Position numbers and translations under genes: made by a program
Part shown: in pieces, positions 24,330 to 31,890 of the stretch
Layout: every line of letters begins with the position of its first letter
Numbering within the stretch: position 1 is the first letter of the stretch
The notes under the pieces: model-generated
Databases searched by the model: none
What the model was told of the DNA's origin: nothing
Seen by the model: the letters and a program-made list of their open reading frames with translations, nothing else
Origin: Haladaptatus salinisoli
Lineage (GTDB): Archaea > Halobacteriota > Halobacteria > Halobacteriales > Haladaptataceae
Direction of reading: 5' to 3'
Assembly (NCBI RefSeq): GCF_020614375.1
Contig: NZ_CP085327.1
Location: 1,258,823-1,290,822 of the forward strand
Length of the DNA stretch: 32,000 nucleotides

Positions 24330-24824
24330 CTACAGCGCCTTCTCGTACACGCACTCGCGGACGCCGAACCCCTCCGCCTCGCGTTCCTCGACGCGCTCGA
24401 ACCCGCGGGAGTCGTAGAACGCGACGCCGACTTCGTTGTCGGCGAAGACGCTCAATCGGAGTCGTTCGACGCCCCTGTCGCGCAGGCGTCGTTCCGCGCG
24501 CTCCAGCAATCGGGTGCCGAGACCGGTTCCCCACTCGCTCGGGACGACGTAGATGCGGACGAGCAGCGCGACGTTCGCCTCGTCCGGAATCGGCGCGACG
24601 TGAACGAAGCCGACGATTTCGGCGCGTTCGGCGACGAGGAAGTCGTGGTCGGGGTCGGCCGCGCTCTCGCGGAGACCGTCGGGGTCGTACCACTCGTCGA
24701 CGGTTTCGTCCACGGCGTTCGCCCCGAGGATGTCGTCGTACGCGGCGTGCCACGACTCGCGGGCGACTCGGCGGACGGTCGCCGCGTCCGCGGGGTTCGC
24801 GGCGCGGATGGTAGCGTCGGCCAT
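24330..24824 (-). CDS. GNAT-family N-acetyltransferase
   Basis: 164 aa. Acetyl-CoA motif VVPSEWGTGLGTRLL and a FYDSRGF tail motif. A TATA-like box (minus-strand cgctttttacgg, 24844-24855) is centred about 26 nt upstream. Confidence 0.9.
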   Translation of the reverse strand: MADATIRAANPADAATVRRVARESWHAAYDDILGANAVDETVDEWYDPDGLRESAADPDHDFLVAERAEIVGFVHVAPIPDEANVALLVRIYVVPSEWGTGLGTRLLERAERRLRDRGVERLRLSVFADNEVGVAFYDSRGFERVEEREAEGFGVRECVYEKAL

Positions 24825-24924
24825 ACGACCGAACGGACGACCACCGTAAAAAGCGTTGCTGAGGTGCGACGGCGGGGGTTCGGGTCGCCCGCGGGCCCTC
24901 GTCCGAACTTGTCAAAGAGCAGAA

Positions 24925-24936
24925 AACACATATAGG
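24925..24936 (+). promoter_or_regulatory. TATA-like box (aacacatatagg) for ABC-2 module 1
   Basis: Centred about 25 nt upstream of the ATG at 24956. Confidence 0.45.
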
Positions 24937-24955
24937 TGGCGAGTAAATTCCGGGC

Positions 24956-25020
24956 ATGGCCGCCATCCAAACGAAGTCCCTGACCAAGCGATTCGGCGAC
25001 GTGGTCGCGGTTCGCGACCT
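24956..25020 (+). repeat. 65-nt segment identical to 26789-26853 (5' ends of the two paralogous ATPase genes)
   Basis: Base-by-base comparison: atggccgccatccaaacgaagtccctgaccaagcgattcggcgacgtggtcgcggttcgcgacct occurs in both copies. Confidence 0.95.
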
Positions 25021-25903
25021 GACCTTCACCGTCGAGGAGGGCGAGGTGTTCGGTTTCCTCGGCCCGAACGGCGCGGGCAAGTCCACGACAATCAATATGC
25101 TGTTGGATTTCATGCGCCCGAGCGGGGGAACGGCGACGGTTCTCGGCCGCGACGCGCAGCGGGAGTCGCGACTCATCCGCGACCGCATCGGCATCCTCCC
25201 GGAGGGGTACGACCTCTACGGTCGGTTGTCCGGATTGGAACACCTCGAATTCGCCATCGACGCGAAGGACGCGGACGACGACCCGGCGGCGCTGATAGAC
25301 CGGGTCGGCCTCTCGGCGGAGGACGCCGACCGAAAGGTCGGCGGTTACTCCAAGGGGATGACCCAACGCCTCGCGCTGGCGTCCGCGTTGGTCGGCGACC
25401 CCGACCTCCTCATCCTCGACGAACCCTCCTCCGGCCTCGACCCGCACGGGATGGCCGAGATGCGCGAAATCATCCGCGGCGAGGCCGAGCGGGGAACCGC
25501 CGTGTTCTTCTCCAGTCACATCCTCTCGGAGGTCGAGGCGGTTTGCGACCGCGTCGGCATCATGAACGAGGGTGAACTGGTCGCCGAGAACACGGTCGAG
25601 GGACTCCGCGAGGTGGCCGGCGCGGGGTCGCAGTTGCTCCTCGACGTCGAGCGCGTCCCGAGCGGTCTCGACCTGACGAGCATCGCCGGGGTCTCCGGCG
25701 TCGCGGTCGAGGATTCGACGCTTCGGGTGTCGTTCACCGACCCGGGGGCGAAGGCGCGAGTCGTCAAGCGCGTCGACGCCGCGGCGAGCATAACCGACAT
25801 CGAGTCGGAGGAGGCGTCGCTCGAAGAGCTGTTTGCCTCTTACACGACGGACGACGAACCGGCGGACGGAGCGACCGAAGCCCCCCCGGAGGTGTCGGCA
25901 TGA
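24956..25903 (+). CDS. ABC transporter ATP-binding protein (ABC-2/NosF-like), module 1
   Basis: Walker A GPNGAGKST, signature YSKGMTQRL, Walker B LLILDEPSSGLD, H-loop SSHIL. Confidence 0.92.
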   Translation: MAAIQTKSLTKRFGDVVAVRDLTFTVEEGEVFGFLGPNGAGKSTTINMLLDFMRPSGGTATVLGRDAQRESRLIRDRIGILPEGYDLYGRLSGLEHLEFAIDAKDADDDPAALIDRVGLSAEDADRKVGGYSKGMTQRLALASALVGDPDLLILDEPSSGLDPHGMAEMREIIRGEAERGTAVFFSSHILSEVEAVCDRVGIMNEGELVAENTVEGLREVAGAGSQLLLDVERVPSGLDLTSIAGVSGVAVEDSTLRVSFTDPGAKARVVKRVDAAASITDIESEEASLEELFASYTTDDEPADGATEAPPEVSA

Positions 25904-26733
25904 GTTGGCGCTCGGTGGCGAAGAAGGATTTCGTCGACTCCCGACGTTCGAAGGGCCTGTGGGCGCTCGTCTCCCTGTACGTGGTGGTGTTGGCGCTCAG
26001 CGTCTACGTCGCCCCGTCGCACGTCACCATGACGAACGTCCTTCGGCTCGTCTCCATGGTCGGAATCTTCATCGTCCCCATCAGCGCGCTCGTCATCGCG
26101 TACCTCTCCATCGCCGGGGAACGCGAGTCGGGGAGCATCAAGTACCTGCTGGGGCTTCCGAACACGCGCCTCGACCTCGTCGTCGGGAAGTTCGTCGGCC
26201 GCTCCCTCGTCGTCACCGTCGGGTTAGTTCTCGCGTTCGGCGTCGCCGGTGCGCTGGGCGTGGCGCTGCTCGACTCCGTCGATTTCGTGGTGTTCGCGCA
26301 GTTCTTCCTGCTGCTGTCGTTCTTCACGGTGACGTACATCGGCATCGCGGTCGGTCTCTCGGCGGCCTGCGCGTCGCGGTCGCGCGCGATGGCGAGTTCG
26401 GTCGGCGTGTTCTTCGTCTTCAACGTGCTCTGGACGATACCGCAGATATCGCCGTCGGCGGCGCTCCGGTTCGTCGCCGAGGACACGCTCGGACTGCGCA
26501 TCGGCCCGCAGCTATACGAGTTCGTCTACCTCGTCAGCCCGCCGTACGCCTTCCAACGCGCCGCCGGACTCGTCTTCACGGAAGACCCCATCTACTACTT
26601 CCGCACGCTCGGACGGGACGCGACCGTCCCGTTCTATCTCGAAGAGTGGTTCATGCTGGTCGTGCTCGGCGCGTGGCTGGTCGTCCCCCTCGCGCTCGGC
26701 TACCTGTCGTTCGAGCGCGCCGACCTCGGGTGA
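25900..26733 (+). CDS. ABC-2 family permease (NosY-like), module 1
   Basis: 277 aa, about 6 TM segments, conserved IAGERESGSIKYLLGLP motif. ATGA overlap with the ATPase gene. Confidence 0.85.
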   Translation: MSWRSVAKKDFVDSRRSKGLWALVSLYVVVLALSVYVAPSHVTMTNVLRLVSMVGIFIVPISALVIAYLSIAGERESGSIKYLLGLPNTRLDLVVGKFVGRSLVVTVGLVLAFGVAGALGVALLDSVDFVVFAQFFLLLSFFTVTYIGIAVGLSAACASRSRAMASSVGVFFVFNVLWTIPQISPSAALRFVAEDTLGLRIGPQLYEFVYLVSPPYAFQRAAGLVFTEDPIYYFRTLGRDATVPFYLEEWFMLVVLGAWLVVPLALGYLSFERADLG

Positions 26734-26753
26734 GCGTGCTGTAGTTTGTCAGC

Positions 26754-26767
26754 GTAATTTTAAATGG
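26754..26767 (+). promoter_or_regulatory. TATA-like box (gtaattttaaatgg) for ABC-2 module 2
   Basis: Centred about 28 nt upstream of the ATG at 26789. Confidence 0.45.
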
Positions 26768-26788
26768 ACGAAGCGTCAATCGGAGGCT

Positions 26789-26853
26789 ATGGCCGCCATC
26801 CAAACGAAGTCCCTGACCAAGCGATTCGGCGACGTGGTCGCGGTTCGCGACCT
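26789..26853 (+). repeat. 65-nt segment identical to 24956-25020
   Basis: See the paired feature. Confidence 0.95.
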
Positions 26854-27724
26854 CGACCTGACCGTCGAGGAGGGAGAAATCTTCGGTTTCCTCGGCCCGA
26901 ACGGGTCGGGCAAATCGACGACCATCAACGTGTTGTTGGACTACGTCCGACCGACCTCCGGCAGCGCGACCGTGCTCGGCTACGACGCGCAGGCGGAAAC
27001 GCAAGCGATCCACGAGCGCATCGGCATCCTTCCCGACGCGTTCGACCTCTACGAACGCCTCTCCGGGCGCAAGCACATCCAGTTCGCCATCGACTCGAAG
27101 GGCACCGACGAGGACGCGGACGACATCTTGGAGCGGGTCGGCCTCTCGGCGGAGGACGCCGCCCGCCCCGCGGGCGACTACTCCAAGGGGATGCGCCAGC
27201 GAGTCACCCTCGGGATGGCGCTCGTCGGCGATCCCGACCTCCTCATCCTCGACGAACCCTCCTCCGGCCTCGACCCGCACGGCGTCCGCGAGATGCGCGA
27301 AATCATCCGCGCGGAGGCGGACCGCGGCACCGCCGTGTTCTTCTCCAGCCACATCCTCTCGCAGGTCGAGGCGGTTTGCGACCGCGTCGGCATCATGAAC
27401 AAGGGTAAACTCGTCACCGTGGACACCATCGAAGGACTGCGAGAGGCGACCGGTTCGAGCGCGACGATGGAACTCACCGTCGATTCCGTGCCCGACGTGT
27501 CGCTCACCGACATCGGCGGGGTGACGAACGTCGCGGTCGACGGCGACAAACTCTCCGTGTCGTACACGGACTCGAGCGCGAAGGCGAAGGTCATCAACCG
27601 CGTCGAGGAGGCCGGGGCGACCGTCACCGACATCACGACGAAGGAGTCCTCGCTCGAGGACCTCTTCGAAACCTACACCACCCAAGCGGACAGTCAGCGG
27701 TTCGAATCGGAGGTGGAAGCATGA
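26789..27724 (+). CDS. ABC transporter ATP-binding protein (ABC-2/NosF-like), module 2
   Basis: Walker A GPNGSGKST, signature YSKGMRQRV, Walker B LLILDEPSSGLD. By eye roughly two-thirds identical to module 1. Confidence 0.92.
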   Translation: MAAIQTKSLTKRFGDVVAVRDLDLTVEEGEIFGFLGPNGSGKSTTINVLLDYVRPTSGSATVLGYDAQAETQAIHERIGILPDAFDLYERLSGRKHIQFAIDSKGTDEDADDILERVGLSAEDAARPAGDYSKGMRQRVTLGMALVGDPDLLILDEPSSGLDPHGVREMREIIRAEADRGTAVFFSSHILSQVEAVCDRVGIMNKGKLVTVDTIEGLREATGSSATMELTVDSVPDVSLTDIGGVTNVAVDGDKLSVSYTDSSAKAKVINRVEEAGATVTDITTKESSLEDLFETYTTQADSQRFESEVEA

Positions 27725-28608
27725 GTTTGGCGGTCGTCGCGCGCAAGGACTTCGAGGACGCGGCGCGCTCGAAGATGCTCTGGGCTATCACCGCCCTGTT
27801 CGTGCTGACGACGGCGGGCGGGATGTACGCGCTCAACTTCCTGTTCGACGAGCAGTCTGCGACCGGAGCCGTCCAGTGGCTGAGCGCCCCCGCGAGTCTC
27901 GTCGTTCCGCTCGCCGCTATCGTCGTCGGCTATCTCGCCATCGCGGGCGAACGCGAGTCCGGCAGCATCAAGATTCTGCTCGGCCTCCCGCACACGCGGC
28001 GAGACGTGGTTCTCGGGAAACTCGTCGGTCGAACCGGCGTCGTCGCGGTGGCGACGGTCGTCGCGTTCGCCGTGGGTGCCGTCGTTTTGTTGGTGCAGTA
28101 CGGGTCGCTCCCGCTGGTCGAGTTCGCGCTGCTCGGCCTGCTCACGTTCTTCTTCGCCATGGTGTTCGTGGGCATCGCCATCGGCTTCTCGGCGTTCACG
28201 AAGACGCGTTCCCGGGCGATGGCCGGCGCCATCGGCATCTTCTTCCTCTTCCAGTTCCTCTGGAGCTTCGTCCCGGTCGCCATCTACTACCTGCTCGAGG
28301 GGAGCATCCCGAACCCCTTCGCTGAGCCGCTTCCCGCGTGGTACTTCCTGCTCCAACTGCTCAACCCGTCGAACGCCTACGGCGCCGCGTCGGGGCTGTT
28401 CATCGACTCCGCCGGAACCCAGTCCGTCGTCGTCGGACCAAGCGGCGAGACGACCACGGGGGCCGCGCCGTCGCTGGCCGACCTCGTGCAGGGTGGAACC
28501 GTCCCGTTCTACCTCGACGAGTGGTTCTCGCTCGTCATCCTCGCCGCGTGGCTGGTCGTGCCGGTCGCGATCGGTTACTGGCGGTTCCGCGACGCCGACC
28601 TGAGCTAA
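27721..28608 (+). CDS. ABC-2 family permease (NosY-like), module 2
   Basis: 295 aa. IAGERESGSIKILLGLP motif and ATGA overlap with its ATPase gene. It has diverged from the module 1 permease much more than the two ATPases have from each other. Confidence 0.85.
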   Translation: MSLAVVARKDFEDAARSKMLWAITALFVLTTAGGMYALNFLFDEQSATGAVQWLSAPASLVVPLAAIVVGYLAIAGERESGSIKILLGLPHTRRDVVLGKLVGRTGVVAVATVVAFAVGAVVLLVQYGSLPLVEFALLGLLTFFFAMVFVGIAIGFSAFTKTRSRAMAGAIGIFFLFQFLWSFVPVAIYYLLEGSIPNPFAEPLPAWYFLLQLLNPSNAYGAASGLFIDSAGTQSVVVGPSGETTTGAAPSLADLVQGGTVPFYLDEWFSLVILAAWLVVPVAIGYWRFRDADLS

Positions 28609-28622
28609 CGTCCCGCGACTCC

Positions 28623-28627
28623 TTTTT
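28623..28627 (+). terminator. T5 tract downstream of ABC-2 module 2
   Basis: ccTTTTTcg lies 15-19 nt after the stop at 28608, inside the 27-nt gap to the convergent egsA. Oligo-T tracts are the usual archaeal termination signal. Confidence 0.3.
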
Positions 28628-28635
28628 CGTCGAGT

Positions 28636-29685
28636 TCAGATGACGCCGGTCCGCTCCGCCGCCTCGACGGCCGCTGCTTCGTTCATCCCGTTGCCGAGAA
28701 TCGTATAACGGTCGCGTATCTCGTGGGCCGTCGTGAGCGCTTCGACGACGGTTTCGGCGTCGACGCCGAGTTCGTCCGCCGTGGTCGGCGCGCCGAGGGT
28801 CGCCAGCGCGTCGCGGATGCCGCGCCAGTCGCCGCCGTGGAGGTACTCCGCGATGATGGAGCCGACGCCGACCTGATGGCCGTGGAGCGCCGCGCCGGGC
28901 GCGATCCGGTCGAGTTTGTGCGAAAAGAGGTGTTCCGCGCCGCTGGCCGGGCGCGACGACCCGGCGATGCTCATGGCGACGCCGGAGGAGACGAGCGCCT
29001 TGGTGACCACCCACGCCGACTCTTCGAGGCCGGGCTTGATGGAGCCGGCGTTGTCCACCAGCATCTCGGCGGTCATCTCCGAGAGCGCGGCGGCGTACTC
29101 GGAGAACTCGACGTTCTGCAGTCGGTTGGCGAGCCGCCAGTCCTTGACGGCGGTGTAGTTGCTGATGATGTCGGCGCAGCCGGCGGTGGTGAGCCGCCAC
29201 GGCGCGTCGGCGAGTATCTCCGTGTCGGCGACCACCGCGAGCGGCGGTTCCGCGGCGACGCTGTGTCTGGTGTCCTTCTCCGGAACCGACCCCCGACCGC
29301 TGACGATGCCGTCGTGGCTCGCCGCGGTCGGAATCGAGACGAAGCCCCGCCCCAGTTCGTCGCTCGCCATCTTGGCGATGTCGATGGCCTTCCCGCCGCC
29401 GACGCCGACGAGGTAGCCCGCGTCCACCTCGCCGGCCGCGTCCATCACTCGTTGGACGGCGGCGAAGCTCGCTTCCTCGACGATGACCGTCTCGACGTCG
29501 ATTCCAGCGTCCTCGAACTGCGCCACGACGCGCTCGCCCGCCACCTCGTTGGGCGTCGGACTCGTCACGAGGAGGGGGACGCCGTGGAGGTGTAGTTCGG
29601 AGATGGCGTCCACCGTCTCCGAGAGCACCCCGTGGCCCACCACCACGTTTCGCGGAAGGCGTATCCACGTCCGTTTCTCGAACAT
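28636..29685 (-). CDS. egsA: sn-glycerol-1-phosphate dehydrogenase (NAD(P)-dependent)
   Basis: MFEKRTWIRLPRNVVVGHG... start and the GVGGGKAIDIAK nucleotide-binding motif; iron-type ADH fold with Asp/His metal ligands. The start is the internal ATG 29685 of track ORF 28636..29865. Confidence 0.93.
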   Translation of the reverse strand: MFEKRTWIRLPRNVVVGHGVLSETVDAISELHLHGVPLLVTSPTPNEVAGERVVAQFEDAGIDVETVIVEEASFAAVQRVMDAAGEVDAGYLVGVGGGKAIDIAKMASDELGRGFVSIPTAASHDGIVSGRGSVPEKDTRHSVAAEPPLAVVADTEILADAPWRLTTAGCADIISNYTAVKDWRLANRLQNVEFSEYAAALSEMTAEMLVDNAGSIKPGLEESAWVVTKALVSSGVAMSIAGSSRPASGAEHLFSHKLDRIAPGAALHGHQVGVGSIIAEYLHGGDWRGIRDALATLGAPTTADELGVDAETVVEALTTAHEIRDRYTILGNGMNEAAAVEAAERTGVI

Positions 29686-29705
29686 ACCCCTCACTCGTTT
29701 GGGGA

Positions 29706-29715
29706 CTGTGAAACC
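29706..29715 (-). promoter_or_regulatory. TATA-like box (minus-strand ggtttcacag) for egsA
   Basis: Centred about 26 nt upstream of the ATG at 29685. Confidence 0.35.
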
Positions 29716-29837
29716 AGTTCCGCTCCCGAGACGGTCGGGCGTTCCGCGACGAACGAGTCTCCGACGCGACGCCTTCGAGGGGCCCGTTCGCGTCGAGCGA
29801 GTTCCCGCAGTGGAGATAGCGACAGCACCGAACTGTC

Positions 29838-29851
29838 GATACAATTTTGTG
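29838..29851 (+). promoter_or_regulatory. AT-rich TATA-like box (gatacaattttgtg)
   Basis: The strongest AT-rich element of the egsA-epimerase spacer, centred about 28 nt upstream of the ATG at 29873. Confidence 0.35.
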
Positions 29852-29866
29852 AGTGAACTGTTCACT
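29852..29866. promoter_or_regulatory. Perfect palindrome AGTGAAC-T-GTTCACT (candidate operator)
   Basis: 7-bp arms with a 1-nt centre, directly between the AT-rich box and the ATG at 29873. Confidence 0.4.
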
Positions 29867-29872
29867 TTCGCT

Positions 29873-29950
29873 ATGGTCTCCCGCTGGTATCAACTCGGAT
29901 TGTTGCTCGGCATCGGCGGAGTGCTGCCGTCGGAACAACCGTCGACGTGA
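29873..29950 (+). CDS. Candidate 25-aa hydrophobic micro-protein (MVSRWYQLGLLLGIGGVLPSEQPST)
   Basis: ATG at leaderless spacing from the AT-rich box. 20 of 25 third positions are G/C. Followed by a hairpin. There is no homology evidence. Confidence 0.3.
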   Translation: MVSRWYQLGLLLGIGGVLPSEQPST

Positions 29951-29972
29951 GAGGGTCGCGTTTCCGTCGACG
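29940..29972. terminator. Hairpin formed by two copies of the self-complementary octamer cgtcgacg (17-nt loop)
   Basis: ccgtcgacg occurs at 29939-29947 and 29964-29972. The hairpin lies just past the epimerase stop (29975, minus strand) and overlaps the micro-ORF stop (29948-29950, plus strand). Confidence 0.3.
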
Positions 29973-29974
29973 CC

Positions 29975-30964
29975 TCAAATCGTCTCCAGCACGCCCAGCA
30001 CTCGCTCCTCCTTCTCGCGTCCGGGGTCGTGCTCGCTCCCGTCGCGGTCGCTCTCCAGGTGCTCCTCGACGGTTCGGGCCATCGCCTCCTCGACGGGAGT
30101 CGACTCCCATCCGAGCGACGCCAGTTCGTTCGTATCGAGGACGTGCGGGTAGTCGCGGTAGAGGATGTAGTCGTCCACCGAGAGACCCGCCGTGGAGAGT
30201 TCGCGGTCGCTGGCGTGGACGAGTTCGACGGAGGTGTCGAGCGCGTCCGCTATCAGTTCGAGCATCTCGTCCATCGTGACGAGTCGGCGGTCGCCGACGT
30301 TGTACGCCTCGCCCGGTTCGCCGCGCTCGGCGACGATTCGCAGGGCGCTCGCCACGTCCTCGACGTAGGCGCGGTGCCAGAGGTTCTGGCCGTCGCCGGG
30401 GACGAGCAGGCGGTCGTAGCGGTTCGCGCGGTCGAGCCAGAAATCGAGGCGCTCGGTGTAGTCGTGGGGACCGTAGACGATGCAGGGGCGAACGCTCGTC
30501 GCGTTCACGCCGCGCTCCGCCGCCTCGAAGACGGCGCGGTCGCCCTCCGCCTTCCGCGGCCCGTAGGAGTCCGCCGAATCGTCCGCCGCCTGTTCGGGCG
30601 TGCAGTCGCAGAGCTCCGTCTCGCCCTCGCGCTTGGGAATCTCCTCGCTCGCGTAGGCGCTCCCGCTGGAGATGTAGACGTAGCCGTCCACGTCCGCGAA
30701 GATTTCCGTCGCGGCGCGAACGTCGCGCGGGTGGTAGGCCACGCAGTCCGCGACGACGTCCGGGTCGACCGCCTCCGCGGCCCGTTCGAGGGCCGCGTCG
30801 TTCGTCCGGTCGCCCTCGAAGTGGTCGACGCCCTCGGTCTCCGCGAAGGGGTTATCGTGGTTGCCGCGGTTGAAAATCGTCACGTCGTAGCCGTTGTCGA
30901 GCAGGTCCGTCACGAGGTGGCGACCGATGAACCGCGTCCCCCCGATGACGAGTGCGGAGTCCAT
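29975..30964 (-). CDS. NAD-dependent epimerase/dehydratase family protein (extended SDR)
   Basis: GGTRFIGRHL Rossmann motif and YGPRK (YxxxK). 329 aa. A weak box (minus-strand gcgttttgccg, 30985-30995) is centred about 26 nt upstream. Confidence 0.88.
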   Translation of the reverse strand: MDSALVIGGTRFIGRHLVTDLLDNGYDVTIFNRGNHDNPFAETEGVDHFEGDRTNDAALERAAEAVDPDVVADCVAYHPRDVRAATEIFADVDGYVYISSGSAYASEEIPKREGETELCDCTPEQAADDSADSYGPRKAEGDRAVFEAAERGVNATSVRPCIVYGPHDYTERLDFWLDRANRYDRLLVPGDGQNLWHRAYVEDVASALRIVAERGEPGEAYNVGDRRLVTMDEMLELIADALDTSVELVHASDRELSTAGLSVDDYILYRDYPHVLDTNELASLGWESTPVEEAMARTVEEHLESDRDGSEHDPGREKEERVLGVLETI

Positions 30965-31090
30965 ACCGGGACACGCGCGTGCTTCGGCAAAACGCTACCG
31001 AAGGCGGAAAGGACCGAGAGACGGCGGATGGACGATGGGGACGGTGGCCGAGGGGACGACGGACGGAAGCGGAGGACGGCGGCCGGTACA

Positions 31091-31102
31091 ATGTTTAACT
31101 TC
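31091..31102 (+). promoter_or_regulatory. TATA-like box (atgtttaacttc)
   Basis: Centred about 26 nt upstream of the ATG at 31123. Confidence 0.45.
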
Positions 31103-31122
31103 CACGCGGGAGTAACCTACAT

Positions 31123-31857
31123 ATGCAGGTACGCGAAGCACGAACCGAAGACATATCCGGTATTCGAGACGTAGCGTCACGGTCGCTCGCGTCGACGTAC
31201 AGTCACTTTTTGGACGAGGACGTCATCGACCACGCCGTCGAGGAGTGGTTCTCCGACGAGAGCCTCGAATCCGAGTTCAAGAGCCGCGGGATGCTGTTTC
31301 TCGTCGCGCTCGAAGGGGGCGACGTGGTCGGTTTCACGCAGAGCGACATGCTCCCGGACGTTCCGGAGGGCAACATCCTCTGGTTGCACGTCGACCCCGA
31401 CCATCGGGGCGGAGGCATCGGAACGTCGCTCCTCGGGCGGACGCAGGAGGTTCTCACGGATAGAGGCGTCAAGACGCTTTCGGGACTGGTGCTCGCCGAC
31501 AACGAGGAGGGCAACGAGTTCTATCGGCAACACGGTTTCGAGAAGGTGAGCGAGCGGACGACCGATATCGGCGGTCAGACCTACACGGAGAACGTCTACG
31601 CGGAAACCGACAAGACGGTGCTGGAGCCCCGAGAGGTCGAGGGGCGAACCCTCTACATCAACCGCGCGGAGAGCAGTCGCGGCTCGAAAGCCCCGTTTTT
31701 CGTCGTGTTCACCGACGAGGCGGCCGAGAACCGCTACGGGTACTTCTGCTCGAACTGCGAGTCGTTCGACAACTCGATGGACAGCATGGAGCGAATCGAG
31801 TGCAACGAGTGCGGAAACAAGCGTAAGGCGACGCGGTGGGACGCGGCGTACCTCTGA
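31123..31857 (+). CDS. GNAT N-acetyltransferase fused to a C-terminal 4-Cys zinc-ribbon domain
   Basis: The N-terminal ~155 aa are GNAT (VDPDHRGGGIGTSLL, FYRQHGF). The C-terminal ~85 aa carry CSNC-x14-CNECG. Confidence 0.85.
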   Translation: MQVREARTEDISGIRDVASRSLASTYSHFLDEDVIDHAVEEWFSDESLESEFKSRGMLFLVALEGGDVVGFTQSDMLPDVPEGNILWLHVDPDHRGGGIGTSLLGRTQEVLTDRGVKTLSGLVLADNEEGNEFYRQHGFEKVSERTTDIGGQTYTENVYAETDKTVLEPREVEGRTLYINRAESSRGSKAPFFVVFTDEAAENRYGYFCSNCESFDNSMDSMERIECNECGNKRKATRWDAAYL

Positions 31858-31890
31858 ACGGTCGGCGTCGTCCCGGTCGTCCGCCCGTCC

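Noticed and set aside
22098-25519. Long alternative ORFs over the second S9 peptidase, the GNAT and ABC module 1 (22098..23879 +, 22198..23280 -, 23305..24021 -, 24064..25194 -, 24452..25519 -)
   Set aside because: They overlap well-supported genes in other frames or strands and have highly basic, low-complexity products.
29801-29820. gttcccgcagtggagatagc, considered as an origin recognition box (ORB-like CCAGTGGA core)
   Set aside because: It is only a loose match to the ORB consensus as I remember it. It is a single copy, with no inverted partner, no extended AT-rich unwinding element and no orc/cdc6 gene in the window.
26651-31174. Long alternative ORFs over ABC module 2, egsA and the epimerase (26651..27685 -, 28535..29938 -, 28723..29595 +, 30029..31174 +)
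   Set aside because: Same reasoning: they are antisense or out of frame to genes with clear motifs. 26651..27685 simply mirrors 24452..25519 because the two ABC ATPase genes are paralogues.
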